This document shows positions 37,782 to 50,221 of a stretch of DNA of 64,000 nt, one piece after another (within the stretch, counting starts at the first letter, position 1; every line of letters begins with the position of its first letter). A program made the translations under genes and the position numbers. Below the pieces are notes generated by a model, which was given only the letters and a program-made list of their open reading frames with translations, ran no database searches and was not told the DNA's origin. The DNA lies in the NCBI GenBank assembly GCA_010093605.1, contig MU004192.1, positions 442,882-506,881 of the forward strand, given 5' to 3'. The stretch comes from Lophium mytilinum. Lineage: Eukaryota.

Positions 37782-39277
37782 ATGGCAGGCCTCAATTCAG
37801 ACTCCAACGGCGTCAAGGTGAATGAAGAGGAGGCGACAGTACATTATCGAGACGCTGCCCGCGACAAGGCTGCCAGAGTCAGCTCCCGTGCTCCTCCCCC
37901 TCGGTACTCAGATGTCTACTCGTCTGGCCCTCTGCACACGATCGTAGGCGTTCGTCTACCCTGCAAACCACCATCGACGCTCTGGGACCTGGCCGTTGCC
38001 GACGGCAAGATTGCTTCGATTGAGCCTTTCGTATCGCACCCTCATGATATCGCTCACCTCCCCGGAGTCCTCGTGGCTACAGAAAGATTGCTTGCTCCAT
38101 CACTCTGCCACGCGCATATCCACCTTGACAAGTGCTTCTTGCTGCAGGATCCCAAGTTCCTTGATCTGGAAATAGAGACCGGAGACTTCAATGAGGCTAT
38201 GGAACTGACTACTCAGGCTAAGTCGAGATTCGAGGAAGAAGATCTGCTACGAAGAGGGAGACAGCTAATTGAAGAGAGCATTCATTTCGGCGTTACCGTC
38301 ATGCGGGCGTTCGTGGAAGTCGACGGGGATGTCAAATTCAAGTGTCTCGATGCCGGTCTCAAGCTCAAGAAGGAATTCGAAGAGAGGTGCGAGGTACAGC
38401 TGTGTGCCTTTGCACAATTACCGTTGTTCTCTGGCGAAGACGGTGGGGTGGAAATCCGAGACTTGATGTCACAAGCGGCTCATCGTGAAGGAGTCGATGT
38501 CGTTGGGAGTACCCCCTACGTCGAGCAAGATGAGGTTAAGATGAAGATGAATGTTCGCTGGATAAGTATGATGGCTTTGTTCAACGGTAAGCCGCTCGAT
38601 CTACACCTGGACTACAATCTCGAGAAAAGCCAAGATCCTCTGATTTGGTCAGCCCTGGAAATCCTCAAAGGACGAAACTGGACAGAAAGAGGCGGAAAAC
38701 GCATAACGCTTGGCCACTGCACACGTTTGACCCTCTTTTCACCCGAAGACTGGCGCAAGCTGAAAGACGAGATTAGCGACCTCCCCGTCTCATTCGTTGG
38801 TCTTCCAACCTCGGACCTCTTCATGATGCGAAACGAGTCCAGGGCCAGAGGTACGCTGCCTATCCCAGAGATGATTCAAGCGTACAAACTAGATGGGGCC
38901 ATTGCCGTAAACAATGTCGGGAATGCGTTTACTCCCCAGGGTAACTGCGATCCTTTGAGTGTTGCTAGCTTGGGCGTTGCTGTATACCAGGCCGGTACTA
39001 AGAAAGATGCCGAGATCTTATATGTGAGTATCCTGGTTGAGGTCTCCTTCAAAATTCCCCAAATAACATTCATCAGGAGTGTGTTTCGTCTCGAGCGAAA
39101 GCCGCGATAGGCGTCCCATCGGCCTCAGTCGACTTTGCTGTCGGAGACCCTGCCGATTTCGTGCTGTTCGATCGACTTGACATCGGATGGCGCTGTCGAA
39201 AAACTATCACAGAGGTGGTCTACGACGCAGGGCCGCATAGACAAACGATACGGCAGGGGAGATTGACTACGACTTAA
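37782..39277 (+). CDS. Cytosine-deaminase-like metal-dependent amidohydrolase; intron 39024-39077
   Basis: HxH metal motif CHAHIHLDKC, FGVTVMRAFVEVD, DLHLDY, LGHCT, NNVGNAFTPQG and C-terminal GDPADFVLF. Confidence 0.85.
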
Positions 39278-39807
39278 AGCACGTGTGCAATTTTCTAGTA
39301 CTATTTTGAAATCGAGCGACGCTTTGCTAGAGCTTTGGACTAGATGTGTGTATTCAGGAGCGAGTCCAGCAAAAGGTAGAAGCAACGCAAAAAAATCAAT
39401 CCCCATGTTCTTAGCGGGGATCGAACTGGGATATCAAAACATAATGGCAAAACGTAACCACCCAGCTACCACTGCGCTTCTACCCTGTAGAGTCGCAATT
39501 GTTTACGGATCGCTGAGTGGCTACGTTTCTCTGTTGTTAGTTGAATGGTGTCTGAAAATAAGATGTATATAAGATATACTTCAAGATTGGACCCTGAGAA
39601 TCTAAGATCATAAAAAACGCTCGCCGACACGTGTTACGCGCGCCTTGCCTGCATCCAGCTCCCAATGTTTCTTTTTTATATCTTTCTTATTTCAATCGTG
39701 TCCTACTCTTATCTCTGCCGTCGCCTCTCTAGTCCTCTCCGCCGACACCTCAGCCACCTCGCCTCACAGTCACTCTCAAGCATGCCTCGTAAATCACAAA
39801 ATTACGT

Positions 39808-40692
39808 TTAAACCTTCGAGTCATTCCTACTCGCAACCCCCACCGCAAAATCCCTCTGCCCCCGACTCCTCCCCTCCACAAACCCCCTCAACCCCTCCGG
39901 CACCGCCACCCCCGGGGTCAAGCCACTCTCCACCGGCTCGCCCAGCTGCTCCCACAACGGCACGACCCCCGTCCACACGCCTCCCTCCCTCCCTGGCCCA
40001 TCCTTCTTCGCATTCCGTGGCTGGATCCCCGGCGGACCTTCACGGAACTTGAAGCTCAGCGTATCGATCTCGACGCGGATGACGAAGACGAGCGAGACCT
40101 GCAGCGAGGCGATCGGGTTTAGCATCTCGTACCGGTTGGGCACGATGTGGTTCGTCACGTCGTGCATGATGCGTAGCTTGGCGGGGCGGGAGAGGACGCG
40201 GTGGCAGGGGCCGTGGACGGTGGCGCTGCGGTAGTTGAAGGTGTGGCCGTTTGGGGCGGAGGAGAGGGCGAGGCCGTCGACTGGGTGAGTAGGTGTCAGT
40301 CGGTGGTGCTTTATGTAGAGCAAGGTAGGTAACGAAGGATATCACGTGTTTTGGTTGCTTGGTCTTGAGAGTGCGATCAGAACTTGAAAAGATGGCTTAC
40401 CTTTCGTAGCTGTTACGCTGACTTTGATTGGCTCGCTCTTCTCGTCATCACTTTTCTTTACTAGTTGCATGAGGGCGGACTGGGGGTGCCCGTGGAGATA
40501 CACGGCTGCGTCTGTGCTCTCTGTGTCTTCGTCGATATTGCGGAGCAGAGCGATCATGGGGATGCATTGGGGAAGGCCGTCGCGGTCTACGAACGCTATG
40601 TGCGCGAAGAAGCTTTGGTCGAAGACGGCGGAGACGGAGTCGATGTCGTACTTTGCCCTTTCCGTGTGGCGGCGGAGTGTGGCTGGCTGCAT
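39808..40692 (-). CDS. Flavin-nucleotide-binding split-barrel protein (pyridoxamine-5'-phosphate oxidase-like / NimA-like); intron 40400-40281
   Basis: LRRHTERAKYD, AHIAF, PQCIPM, VYLHGH, VSVTATK|VDGLALS..NGHTFNYRSATVHG, WTGVVPL. Confidence 0.85.
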
Positions 40693-40816
40693 TATTGTGA
40701 CGCAGCGCGTAGTGAAGGGTAGTTTGTTGAGGGATTGGAGGAATTGGTGTCGTTTGAGTGGTATCATGAATGGTAGAGCTATTGGTTTGAGAAGTGAGAT
40801 TCGCGTTACATGGTTG

Positions 40817-40856
40817 TGAGTCACCCATTTAGGAAAAATTTAAGCTATCGAGAGCA
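40817..40856. promoter_or_regulatory. TGAGTCA (Gcn4/CpcA/AP-1-type site, 40817-40823) plus shared motif TTTAAGCTATCGAGAGCA (40839-40856)
   Basis: 125-165 bp upstream of the FMN-binding gene ATG; the 18-mer recurs at 42937 with one mismatch. Confidence 0.5.
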
Positions 40857-41017
40857 TTTCCGCGGACTTGGTCGATTGGAGTCAGGGAGTTCGCATTCGA
40901 TGCTGATTGATGCTAAATTCATAAGATGTGGACAGTCACTTGAATTCTACGTCTCGCAGCATTGGCTCACTCGAAGCGACTGAAAACTAGTTACTATATA
41001 GCAGGGCAATCAAATAT

Positions 41018-42697
41018 CTATATTGGTACGCATTCCCCAGGGTATCTCTCCGCTAATTCCATCCACGTAACCTCCTCCCCACTATCCAGCGACGGCCACA
41101 CCCTATTCACGACAAATCTTTTCGTTGTGTCCGTGGTAAAAGTATTCCGGCTACCGTACATCCCTTCAAAAAGATCCAAAGCCATCCTTCTATCATCATG
41201 TCTCTTAAACTCGCATGCAGCAATCAGGGTTGGTAGTAACGAAAGGCGAAGCCATGAAAAGGGGCCAGTCAGATGAGCAAAGATTTCGTACGCAAGAGAG
41301 AGAGCAAGACTATCGGCTGATTCCGAGTGGCCAGGCGAGTAAAGGAGTCGATGGAGATACAGAAGCCCAGCACTGCGATAAGTAGCAGCATGGCGGAAGA
41401 ACTTCTGAGATGAACTTCCGGAAAAGTTGGGGACGGATGGGGGATGCCAGGAATCTAGTCGAGCTCGCAAAGCTGCTGCTCGGGAGTGCAATATCGCTAT
41501 TTCCAACGAATTTTGTGCCTGGGATGTGGTCATTGTTGCTTCAGCTCCGGCTGAAAGTAGGTCAGATCCTAAAGAGTGAGGTGACACAGTCCGTTTCATG
41601 TCTTCAGCCAGGCCACATATTTCTTCCCAAAGAGGCATAATTGTCATCGTAAACCCCATGAAGCGGTCGGCAGTGTTGTAGCATTCTGAGTCCAACCACA
41701 CCGAGCAAGCAATGGATGGTCGCCGTCTTTGAGTAATCGCAATCATCATCTCCTGACGGGCAAGTCCTCGAAGAAAGAACTTTGAAGTGGCGCTGAGGAT
41801 AGACCCTGTGCTAAGATACTGATTGACAAATACAGCGGTCGTACTATGCAGTATTTGCAGAGAGAGATCGCCAGGGCCGTAGTTGGTGTCAATGAGCTCT
41901 AAGCCACAGATACCCAGAATAATTGCCAAAACTAACTCGATGTTCTGGGGAATCTCATTCCTGGACCTGATTCTGGCTAATGTTTTTGCCCTCTTGTCTA
42001 ATGCTCGCACAAGCGATGAAGACTGGCCCATACGGTGCAGATAGACCTGACCTATGCCGCAAAGTACATCCCTCATGGCCTCTGGGTTTTGCTGGAAGAC
42101 TGAAAGAAAATGCATGTTCATGTCTTTCACGAACTCGGGTTCTGACCCAATCACTAGCTCATGCGGATGGCGATCGAAATAAGCACATAGACCTAGCCTA
42201 TCTTCCGGAGAGCAATCGCCTATGGGGAACGGTGATAGGTTAATAGTGGCTGATAGATCTGATATCGCCAACTCCCAACTATCTGGTCGTATAGCCACGA
42301 TTTCTGTTGGATCTTCATCTTCGGGCTGTTCTGGGAGACTGAATGGACTTGAACCGTCCGATTCTCGCGGTGAAGTCGACTGAGTCGAATCACTTTCACT
42401 TTTCCTTCTCTTTGCGCGCCTGTCATATTCATTGTTGCTTTCATGCTTCTGCTGATCGTGAACCGTAATGATTGACTTCCATTTAATATTCCTCTTCCTT
42501 GGCACTCGAATTAGAATGATGACTATAGGAATTCAAAGACTTCAAAAGTTCGTTCGACGTACCGTCCTTCTGTCAAACGCATACCCTTGACATCGCCTGC
42601 CACGCCGTTCGCAAGTACCGCAGGTAGGAACAGCCTCGTCACACTTCACTTTTGCACGCCGACAGTCAACACAGCCGGTTCTTGATCGACGTTGCAT
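41018..42697 (-). CDS. Zn(II)2Cys6 fungal transcription factor with C-terminal fungal-specific TF domain; one intron near 42500-42585, boundaries uncertain
   Basis: MQRRSRTGCVDCRRAKVKCDEAVPTCGTCERRGRRC zinc cluster followed by a 495-aa ORF (YRSAGLLYLHRLLY, LIAACE, W...D....W). Confidence 0.9.
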
Positions 42698-42936
42698 GAT
42701 AGAATAATTATGAGGTTGTCCGATAGCAGTCTCGGTCCTGCCGATTACTATGCTCTCTCGTTTCCAGGGAATGGGATAATCCCAGCACAAATTAACGCAT
42801 GGGAATGTGGAAGTGCGAGTTGGAAGAGGAAGCAGTAAAGTTCGACGTGGTTGAGAAGGGACTAAGTCAAGTTAGCTAGGGCTCACTATTCCTAGTTAGG
42901 CATCCCGTACCGTCGAAGCTACCGAATCCCGTATTC

Positions 42937-43010
42937 TTTAAGCTATCGATAGCAAACGTCTCCACTCCTCCCACCTTTCACTCACCTCCCATGTAATTCC
43001 GATGCTCGGA
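42937..43010. promoter_or_regulatory. Palindrome-cored motif TTTAAGCTATCGATAGCA (42937-42954) and inverted repeat TCCGA-tgc-TCGGA (42998-43010) in the divergent TF/amidase promoter
   Basis: GCTATCGATAGC is a perfect 12-bp palindrome; paired CCG/CGG triplets are typical Zn2Cys6 half-sites. Confidence 0.45.
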
Positions 43011-43302
43011 GTATGCACCAGTCTGGTGACAGCGTGTGGGAGCTCCAAGCTGTTGCATACCTGCTGATTGGCTGACCGGAACTCCATAACCTTTTCTTAT
43101 CAATCAATCTAATCTCATTTCACGTCGTCAACCTCTACAAGTCCTAATTTATCTGATCTTTCGCCAATTGACGCCCTGAAGTCACAAGCCCTAGCCATTA
43201 GTTTGCTGACACTGCTGAACGCCGTGTAGAGTGCTTCAAAGGACTTTTGAACCTTGCTTAAGTAACTTACATTTTTTCTTACCCTTTCTCTATACCATCT
43301 CA

Positions 43303-45031
43303 ATGGCCGTCAAAGCATGGCAAGATATCGCCGCAGCGAAGAAAAAGGAGCAAATCTCGCGCATTCCACTAGAATGGAGACTCTCAGACTCGCAACTACC
43401 TCCAAAAGGAACCACTGACCTTCGACCATTCGCCGCATCCTGCGGCGTCCTCACCGAGAAAGAGTGGGCGATCACCGGAGAAACGCACGACGCCACATCA
43501 CTATCAGCAAAGCTCGCAGATGGCAGCTTCACAGCCCTGGAAGTCGTCACAGCTTTTTGCAAGCGAGCAGCAATCGCACAGCAGCTCTGCAACTGCCTGA
43601 CAGAGATCATGTTTCTAGATGCCCTCGAGGAAGCGAAAAAGCTCGATGCGCATTTCAAAGAGACCGGCAAGCCACTGGGCCCTCTCCACGGCATCCCCAT
43701 GACATTCAAAGAATGCTTCCACACCAAGGGCTACGACGCCAGCGACGGATACATCTCCCGCTGCTTCGCCCCCTCAACCTACAACTCCTACCTCATCCAG
43801 CTCGTGCGCTCAGCCGGCGCTGTCGTCATCGCCAAAACCAACGTCCCGCAGACCATGCTCGTCGCCGAAGCCCACAACAACGTGTTCGGCCAGACGAAGA
43901 ACCCCGTAGTCTCCCACCTAACCTGCGGAGGAAGCAGCGGGGGAGAAGGCAGCTTGATGGCCTTTGGAGGCAGCGCGATAGGCATCGGCACCGATGTGGC
44001 TGGTTCTATCAGGATCCCCGCGGCCGCCAACGGCGTCTACGGCTTCAAGCCCTCTTTCGGTCTCCTTCCTATGCTTGGCTACGCAAATTCCAACTGGGCC
44101 GGCATGAACACTGGCATCCCCGCTGTCTGCGGCCCCCTCACCCGTTCTATGCGCGACCTCTCCCTCCTGACACGCGTCGTGCGCGACAAGAAGCCATGGC
44201 TCACCGACCCCTCCATCATGCCGCACGTCTACGAAGCCGGCACTTCCTCAAGGAAGCCGGTAGTCGGCGTCATCCGCCAAAGCAGCTTAACAGTGCACCC
44301 ACCCATCCACCGCGCCATCTCCGAAGCCGCAGCCAAGCTCAAAGCAGCCGGGTTCGAGGTCAAAGAGTTCGTGCAGCCGTCGACATTCGCGGAAATCCGG
44401 AAAGTTGCTGCGGAGCTGTTTACCATCGATGGGATGTCATATGCGAAACGCGAGTTGGAGAAGGCTGGGGAGCCTCCGGTGGCGTCGGTCAACAAGATCG
44501 GGTTTTGGGAGATGCCGCGGAAGGAGCCGGAGGAGGTGTGGGAGTGGAATGCGAAGAAGGGGGCGTTGCAGAAGGAGATGGTGGATGCGTGGCGGCAGCA
44601 GGGGGTTGATGTGGTGTTGTGTCCTGCTGGGCCGTTTACAGCTGTGAAACCGGATGATTGGCGGATTGATATGTATACGGTCTGGGTTAATGTTATGGAT
44701 GTAAGCTTTGCACTTAGGACGGTTACGAGAGAGTGCTAATAAGACTTATCAGTTCCCCGCTGTCATTGTCCCTTACGACACAGTGGATCCGGAGAAGGAC
44801 AAGAAGTATGAAGACTTCAAGTCCATGTCTGCACTCGACGCTGAAATACAAGCTATGTGTAAGCCTCTGCAGACCCTGTAACCCAAGAGCATTGTCAGCT
44901 GACTTGACGGTTTTGCAGATGATCCAAAGGAAATGGCTGGTGCGCCGATCGCGTTACAGCTTGTTGGGCAGCGCTTAGAAGACGAGCAACTTTTGGAGGA
45001 CGTGAAGGTAATTGATAAGGTCTTGAGATAG
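43303..45031 (+). CDS. Amidase signature family enzyme (acetamidase/fatty-acid amide hydrolase-like), two 3' introns
   Basis: GPLHGIPMTFKE (catalytic Lys), KTNVPQTM, GGSSGGEG, GIGTDVAGSIRIPAA (Ser-cisSer), terminal GAPIALQLVG. Confidence 0.92.
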
Positions 45032-45245
45032 TGACTTTTGCGAGAATGGCAGTGCTACTGGTTCGGCTTCAACAGCCTTTAAGCGGTAAACCCCTGCAGA
45101 TCGAATCTGACCGTTTGAAACCGCTCTGAACTGCGTTGTGTTGACGTTTACACCTTATTTGAATCTAGGAGACTGCAACGGGCAATCTGGACAGTGGCGG
45201 GCAAAAGTGCAAGAACTTATGTCCTGGCGCTGTAAACAACGAGAT

Positions 45246-46655
45246 TCAATGATCTTCATCGTCCGACCTGTCCAAAATATCATCCAAACTACCATCATCA
45301 CTATGCGCAACACGATGCATCCTCTCCCAAGTAGCAGCACTAGCTCCAGGGTCATCGCTGTCATACGCAATATCACTATCCGGATCCGCATCTCTCTCCA
45401 AGCCCACCTTCAAGCCGTCTATGAGCTCCGTAAGCAAATCAGGCATCGTCCATTTCTCGTCGTAGTCGTCCTGGTCGTTCACACTTAGATAATGACACCA
45501 GTAATCCGAAAAGGGAAACGTAACCCTCTCGTCCCCTTGCGTTGGGAACTCCAAGCGCAGAGCCTCAAGTTGCAACGATTCGCGGAAGGTCTCGAAAAGC
45601 GCGCGCCATGTACCGTGGTGCATTCTTGAGCATTCGAAGCGGAGTATACAAAGGGTATTTTTGTGCTTGGTGACTAGGTTCGCGAGGTCCTCTTCGTCGA
45701 ACTGGGCACCGACGAAGTGGAGCTTTCTGAGCTTTGGGAGGTAAACCGTGTTGGCGATGGACCGGACGATGTCAATGCAGTATCTAGAGCCATAGGCGAT
45801 AGCGTCGATGTGGAGGGTGAGAGACTCTAGGGCTGGAGCTGCGGCAAGGAATTGGGATATGCCGTTCTCCCAGCCCGGAAGTCTCGAGCGGCCGTGGTAT
45901 GAAGCGCTGATCCACAATTCGAGAGAGCGTAGGCGGACGAAAGATTGTTTCAACCCTTCTAATCTCGGCAAATTGACATAGAAAGCGTCATGAGACACGA
46001 CGGCCCCTGATCGAGAGCACCGATACACCCCAGGCTTTTCGACAGTCTTGAGCTTCTCCAGCGTGAGCCTACTCTCTATGATTGCGGTCAGGATTTGCTG
46101 AAAGCAACAGGATGCATATGCAACCCGAGAAGACTTTTTGAATGTCCTCGTGGAGGTCGGTGATACCGTTTCCTGGTAGAAGCGTATGGTTTCGAGCTTA
46201 GGGAAATTCCTAAAGGCTTCGATGAGCATTTCACTAAGGATGCCCTCGTTCATACGCCCGGTCGCTTCGGCCTGTGCCATCAATGCCTCGTGAAATTCGC
46301 GCTTTGCTCTGGCTGTTGATGCATTTGGGTTTCTTCGCTCGACTTCCTCCTGAGGTAGCATTATGAGATCCTGGGTTGTATTAACGGCGTCTTCTGGGCG
46401 CACATCAGCTGCGAAGTCTAGTTCTCGCATTGTCGATCCGAACTCCACATGTTTGGAGATTGAGACGATATTCTCAAGAGATGGTAAGGTTAGGATGCAA
46501 ACCCGCTTAGAACAGAATGCGATGCCAAAAGAATGAAGCGACGATGCGTAGACGGCTTTGCATGATAGACGCAGAGAGCTAAATTCCTCGAGTGAGAGAT
46601 CGCTGGTGATCAGATCAAGCAGTTCCGTCGGAATTTTTTCAATAGAAGTGGCCAT
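45246..46655 (-). CDS. F-box protein with LRR-like repeats and acidic tail
   Basis: N-terminal IEKIPTELLDLITSDL...LRLSCK F-box pattern; LxxLxL repeats. Confidence 0.75.
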   Translation of the reverse strand: MATSIEKIPTELLDLITSDLSLEEFSSLRLSCKAVYASSLHSFGIAFCSKRVCILTLPSLENIVSISKHVEFGSTMRELDFAADVRPEDAVNTTQDLIMLPQEEVERRNPNASTARAKREFHEALMAQAEATGRMNEGILSEMLIEAFRNFPKLETIRFYQETVSPTSTRTFKKSSRVAYASCCFQQILTAIIESRLTLEKLKTVEKPGVYRCSRSGAVVSHDAFYVNLPRLEGLKQSFVRLRSLELWISASYHGRSRLPGWENGISQFLAAAPALESLTLHIDAIAYGSRYCIDIVRSIANTVYLPKLRKLHFVGAQFDEEDLANLVTKHKNTLCILRFECSRMHHGTWRALFETFRESLQLEALRLEFPTQGDERVTFPFSDYWCHYLSVNDQDDYDEKWTMPDLLTELIDGLKVGLERDADPDSDIAYDSDDPGASAATWERMHRVAHSDDGSLDDILDRSDDEDH

Positions 46656-47259
46656 GTTTCAAGGATGCCGTACTGGGATGTGGTATCGTGGTCGCTGTAG
46701 GTGGATGGTAGGAGTGGAGCGACGGGATCTGCGAATCTTGTCTCAGATCATTATATAGGTTTAGTCCGAAGCTAGCCCTCCCTGGCTGTATTGAGCATGA
46801 AGCGGTACAACGCTGTAATATCGTCTAGCGCGGCTTCATGAGCTATCAGACTTTTCAAGATTGTCGCTCTTGGATTTGCTATGATGGGTTGAAGGTTTCA
46901 GACGGTAGTAGAGCAGTGTAGAGTTTGGTTTATATGATTCATAGTATCTTCTTGCTATCCTCTTATGGTTATAGATATCCTAGGGCGTGAGATACGTTAC
47001 CAACCACAAGTCCGCCGCTAATGATCCGATCAACTCCAGTATATGCAGTTAAGGAAATGGGATAGAGGTGGAAGACGCCATGCCAGCCAAATGTCGTGAA
47101 CTCCGCCACCTTTTGAGGTAGCACTTCCAACACCGTTGCTCGCAATATAATCAAAGATACTCCCCCGAAACGAGACCCAGCTCATGTTCCTCGAGTAGAC
47201 CAAGCGCCTCCAGAAACCAACGAAATCGAGCCAACCGCCTGAAATCGTGTAGGACACAC

Positions 47260-49413
47260 CTAAGCTCTGCTGCCTGGCCGACTCTTCTTCTCTTTCCGCG
47301 CAACAGTCGCTTCCTTACAGGAATCGCTACAGTACCATTTGGTCCTTGAATTCGGCGGCTTGTCTAGGTTGACACACGCAAGATGGAACCACTCTCTCGG
47401 ACAGGTGTCGTTGTCACACGCAACCATCTCACCATAGCTGACTTCGTTGCAGTAGCAATACCTTGGCTCGTCGCCGTCTTCGCCAACCTCATCGCTAAGC
47501 TCAGCGGCCGGACTTGACGCTGTTTCATCGTCCATCTCAATCGAGTTCTTAGCAGCGGCAAGAGAAGTCTGCGATATCGATGCGCCTTTCTTGTGGGACC
47601 GCTTCGACGGGTTTCCACTTGTGGTTGTTTCGGACGAGGCGTGCGAGCCACCGTTGTTCGCCGCACGGGTGCTGCGACTACGGGCCATGGGAATCTCTGG
47701 GAATGCTGAGCCGATGGGCGTGGCGGTTTTGGAAGTGCGACCAGCACGAGTTGTAATAGGTGCCGGATGAGGAGGGTCGAGGTCGGGCGTATCCGCGTCT
47801 GGGACATCCACCTCTTCGCGCTTGAAGGTCGCAGAGTCGAATGCTCCGTTGCTTTCCGTCGCTTCATTTGGAGTGTATCCTTCTTTTGCTGAGAGAGCTG
47901 GTTTGCTAATGCCTGCAGCTAGCTCCAGCTCTTGTATCGCATTGCTTCCCGTAGCTGCCGGTCGATTCGAGTGGGCGGAGGAGGGACGGCGGCCGCGAGC
48001 AGCGTCTAGGACTGCGGAGTGCACGGAGTTGGCATTTGAGTTCTGTCGCGCACGTGAAGACTGCGGTCGTTGCGCAGCAGCAATCACCTCTCGAGATGAT
48101 GCGAAGGTTCCTGCGAGGGGTGACGAGGCGACAGGTGGTGAGTGAGCGCCCAGGGCAGCACTGAGTTGGTGTGTTAGTCGAGGTGACTCAACTGGTGGCT
48201 TTGGGAGTGCTAACCGTTTCTTCGCTTGAGTTGGCCCAGGAGCAGCTCTGGGTTTCTTCCTCCCATCAATAGCTGGTGTTTCCCGCGGACTTGCTCCACT
48301 TCGTCCGCCAGCAGCAGCGGCGTTCAAGGCACTGCTTATCGATCGTTCCATAGTCGGGGCTGCCGCTGCCAATGCTTTCTCGGTCTTCTTCTGCTTGCGC
48401 GGCTGCACAGCTCCATTGCTCGATATGCCCAGACCGTATGCCCTTGGTTCCGCAGCCGATGCTGCGTCAGCAGCGATTCTGCGAGCTTTTGTCTGTATCT
48501 TCTTGGCGGGCCTGGAGTCATCGAAATCGGAGTCGAGGTGCTGATTGCGACTACGCTTGTTGGCCATCATAGCTTCGCGACGAGCTTCACTGCGCAGAGC
48601 AGCAGCGTCGACCTCGTGGATAGCGGCAGCGGCAGCAGCCAGGTTGTTCGCCGATGCGACCTCTCGCCTTGATCGCTCAATTGTTGTGCCACCCTTCTTC
48701 TTCTCCTCTTTATCTGCGTATGCCCAATGGTTGGGATTGCCGTAGCGGGCCTCCTCACTGATCTCGCTGTCGATGTGGGGGTAGGAGCTGTTCATGCGGG
48801 TCAGGCCCTTGTCCTTCGTGTTCGTTGCGGCGGTAAGAACGACGAGCTTCTCATCAAGTGTAGGAAGCATGGAGCTCATTATTGCGCGCAGTCGGAAGAA
48901 CTTCTGTCGGTGGCGCAGGTCGGCCTGCTCTTGGGCAGGGAGGGTGTCGAAATTCTCGGGGAAGAGCTCAATCATGAGCTGCTGATGGCGCATGCCGGCA
49001 TCTGTGTGGACGGAGCCGCTGGTACTACCATTCATGCTGTTGTCTCTGCTCAGGCCGTGTGGTTGTGTCTGACGTCGCTGGGCGAGCGATGGGACGGGCA
49101 TCTGGGCGATTTCGTCGAGCAAGAGCTGGAGCAGAGAGGCGGGGTCGTGGATTTTGGCCTCAACCTCTTTGAACATGGAGAAGTGCTTGATCAGCTCCTT
49201 CGGAAAGGCATCGACGGCGTCTGTGAAGTGTGTAAGGGCTGGGAGGAAGCCCGGGGCGGGAGGCGTCTGCTCGGTGTCGCCCAGGGCAGACAGACGGCCA
49301 GCGAAAGTGCGAGCATAGTAATTCTGAGGGCGAGCGATGCTCGAACGCGGCTGTCGAGCTGATTGACGGCGGTCTGAGGCCGCAGTAGCCATGGAGGTGC
49401 GCGCGGGAGGCAT
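47260..49413 (-). CDS. PHO23: ING-family PHD-finger protein (Pho23-like, Rpd3L subunit); probable in-frame intron 48214-48161
   Basis: N-terminal ING helices ([25 protein letters not shown]) and C-terminal [36 protein letters not shown]...WYCSDSC. Confidence 0.8.
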   Translation of the reverse strand: MPPARTSMATAASDRRQSARQPRSSIARPQNYYARTFAGRLSALGDTEQTPPAPGFLPALTHFTDAVDAFPKELIKHFSMFKEVEAKIHDPASLLQLLLDEIAQMPVPSLAQRRQTQPHGLSRDNSMNGSTSGSVHTDAGMRHQQLMIELFPENFDTLPAQEQADLRHRQKFFRLRAIMSSMLPTLDEKLVVLTAATNTKDKGLTRMNSSYPHIDSEISEEARYGNPNHWAYADKEEKKKGGTTIERSRREVASANNLAAAAAAIHEVDAAALRSEARREAMMANKRSRNQHLDSDFDDSRPAKKIQTKARRIAADAASAAEPRAYGLGISSNGAVQPRKQKKTEKALAAAAPTMERSISSALNAAAAGGRSGASPRETPAIDGRKKPRAAPGPTQAKKRLALPKPPVESPRLTHQLSAALGAHSPPVASSPLAGTFASSREVIAAAQRPQSSRARQNSNANSVHSAVLDAARGRRPSSAHSNRPAATGSNAIQELELAAGISKPALSAKEGYTPNEATESNGAFDSATFKREEVDVPDADTPDLDPPHPAPITTRAGRTSKTATPIGSAFPEIPMARSRSTRAANNGGSHASSETTTSGNPSKRSHKKGASISQTSLAAAKNSIEMDDETASSPAAELSDEVGEDGDEPRYCYCNEVSYGEMVACDNDTCPREWFHLACVNLDKPPNSRTKWYCSDSCKEATVARKEKKSRPGSRA

Positions 49414-50221
49414 AGTTGTAGCTGCGTGTGCGGGCGGGTATGGAGAGGAGCTGTATTGCGCGCGGCGTGGGTCAAGGAGTGCTCAAGCTGTGAGGGCAAA
49501 CGCTGGGGTACGGTTGAGGAAGCTAAAGCGTGGCCATGAAGCGCGCAGTTTAGGGTATTGTGAGGGCGAGGACAATAAGAGTGCGGGTGAAGAGGCGGAG
49601 GAGGAGCGTGCCTGAGTGACGGGGTTCCATGGATGGAAAGTCAGCCTTATTTTAGATCACGTGACTCTTCAATACTCCAGGCCTCATCGCGTTCCTGATA
49701 CCACTTCTTCAATAAGGAGAGTCTGGGAAGGCTACACGTAGTGCACTCAGGATTTAGCGCGATTTTGCAAGCTCATTAGGGCAATATTGCTCACTTTGTA
49801 CAGCGTATCCCTTAACCCGTTCGCATTTGGCTCTACGTTATCGATAAGGATGTTGTAGCCAATAGAAACCTTCGGGTCATGAGAACTGTAGCGAAATACT
49901 TGAGCAACACACTCTCTCTAGGGGTTTTGTACATTTACCTAGTACCTCTTGAGGTCATCTATTACGGTTTTACATGACCGGAAAAGGACATTGTCAACAG
50001 GGCTAATAGCCAAGCGGGCTACCTCAAATGGTGTCGAACGGCCATTTTATGTTCAACGGCGTTGGGTCAAGGGATACATTACTATCAAACATCGACGAAC
50101 CGCAACGCCTTCGCTATCCTACTCATGAATCATGACGCTAATCCAGTCCAAGTAACAATATCTGTACGCAAATATGCCCATACCTTGGTGGCTATCCTGG
50201 GCAGCGCCAAAATAGACGCAT

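Noticed and set aside
43464..44609. 381-aa alternative-frame ORF inside the amidase, and similar long shadow ORFs at 12248-13033, 36520-37281 and 48727-49362
   Set aside because: Explained by GC-rich codon bias of the real overlapping gene; low-complexity Arg/Pro/Gly translations.
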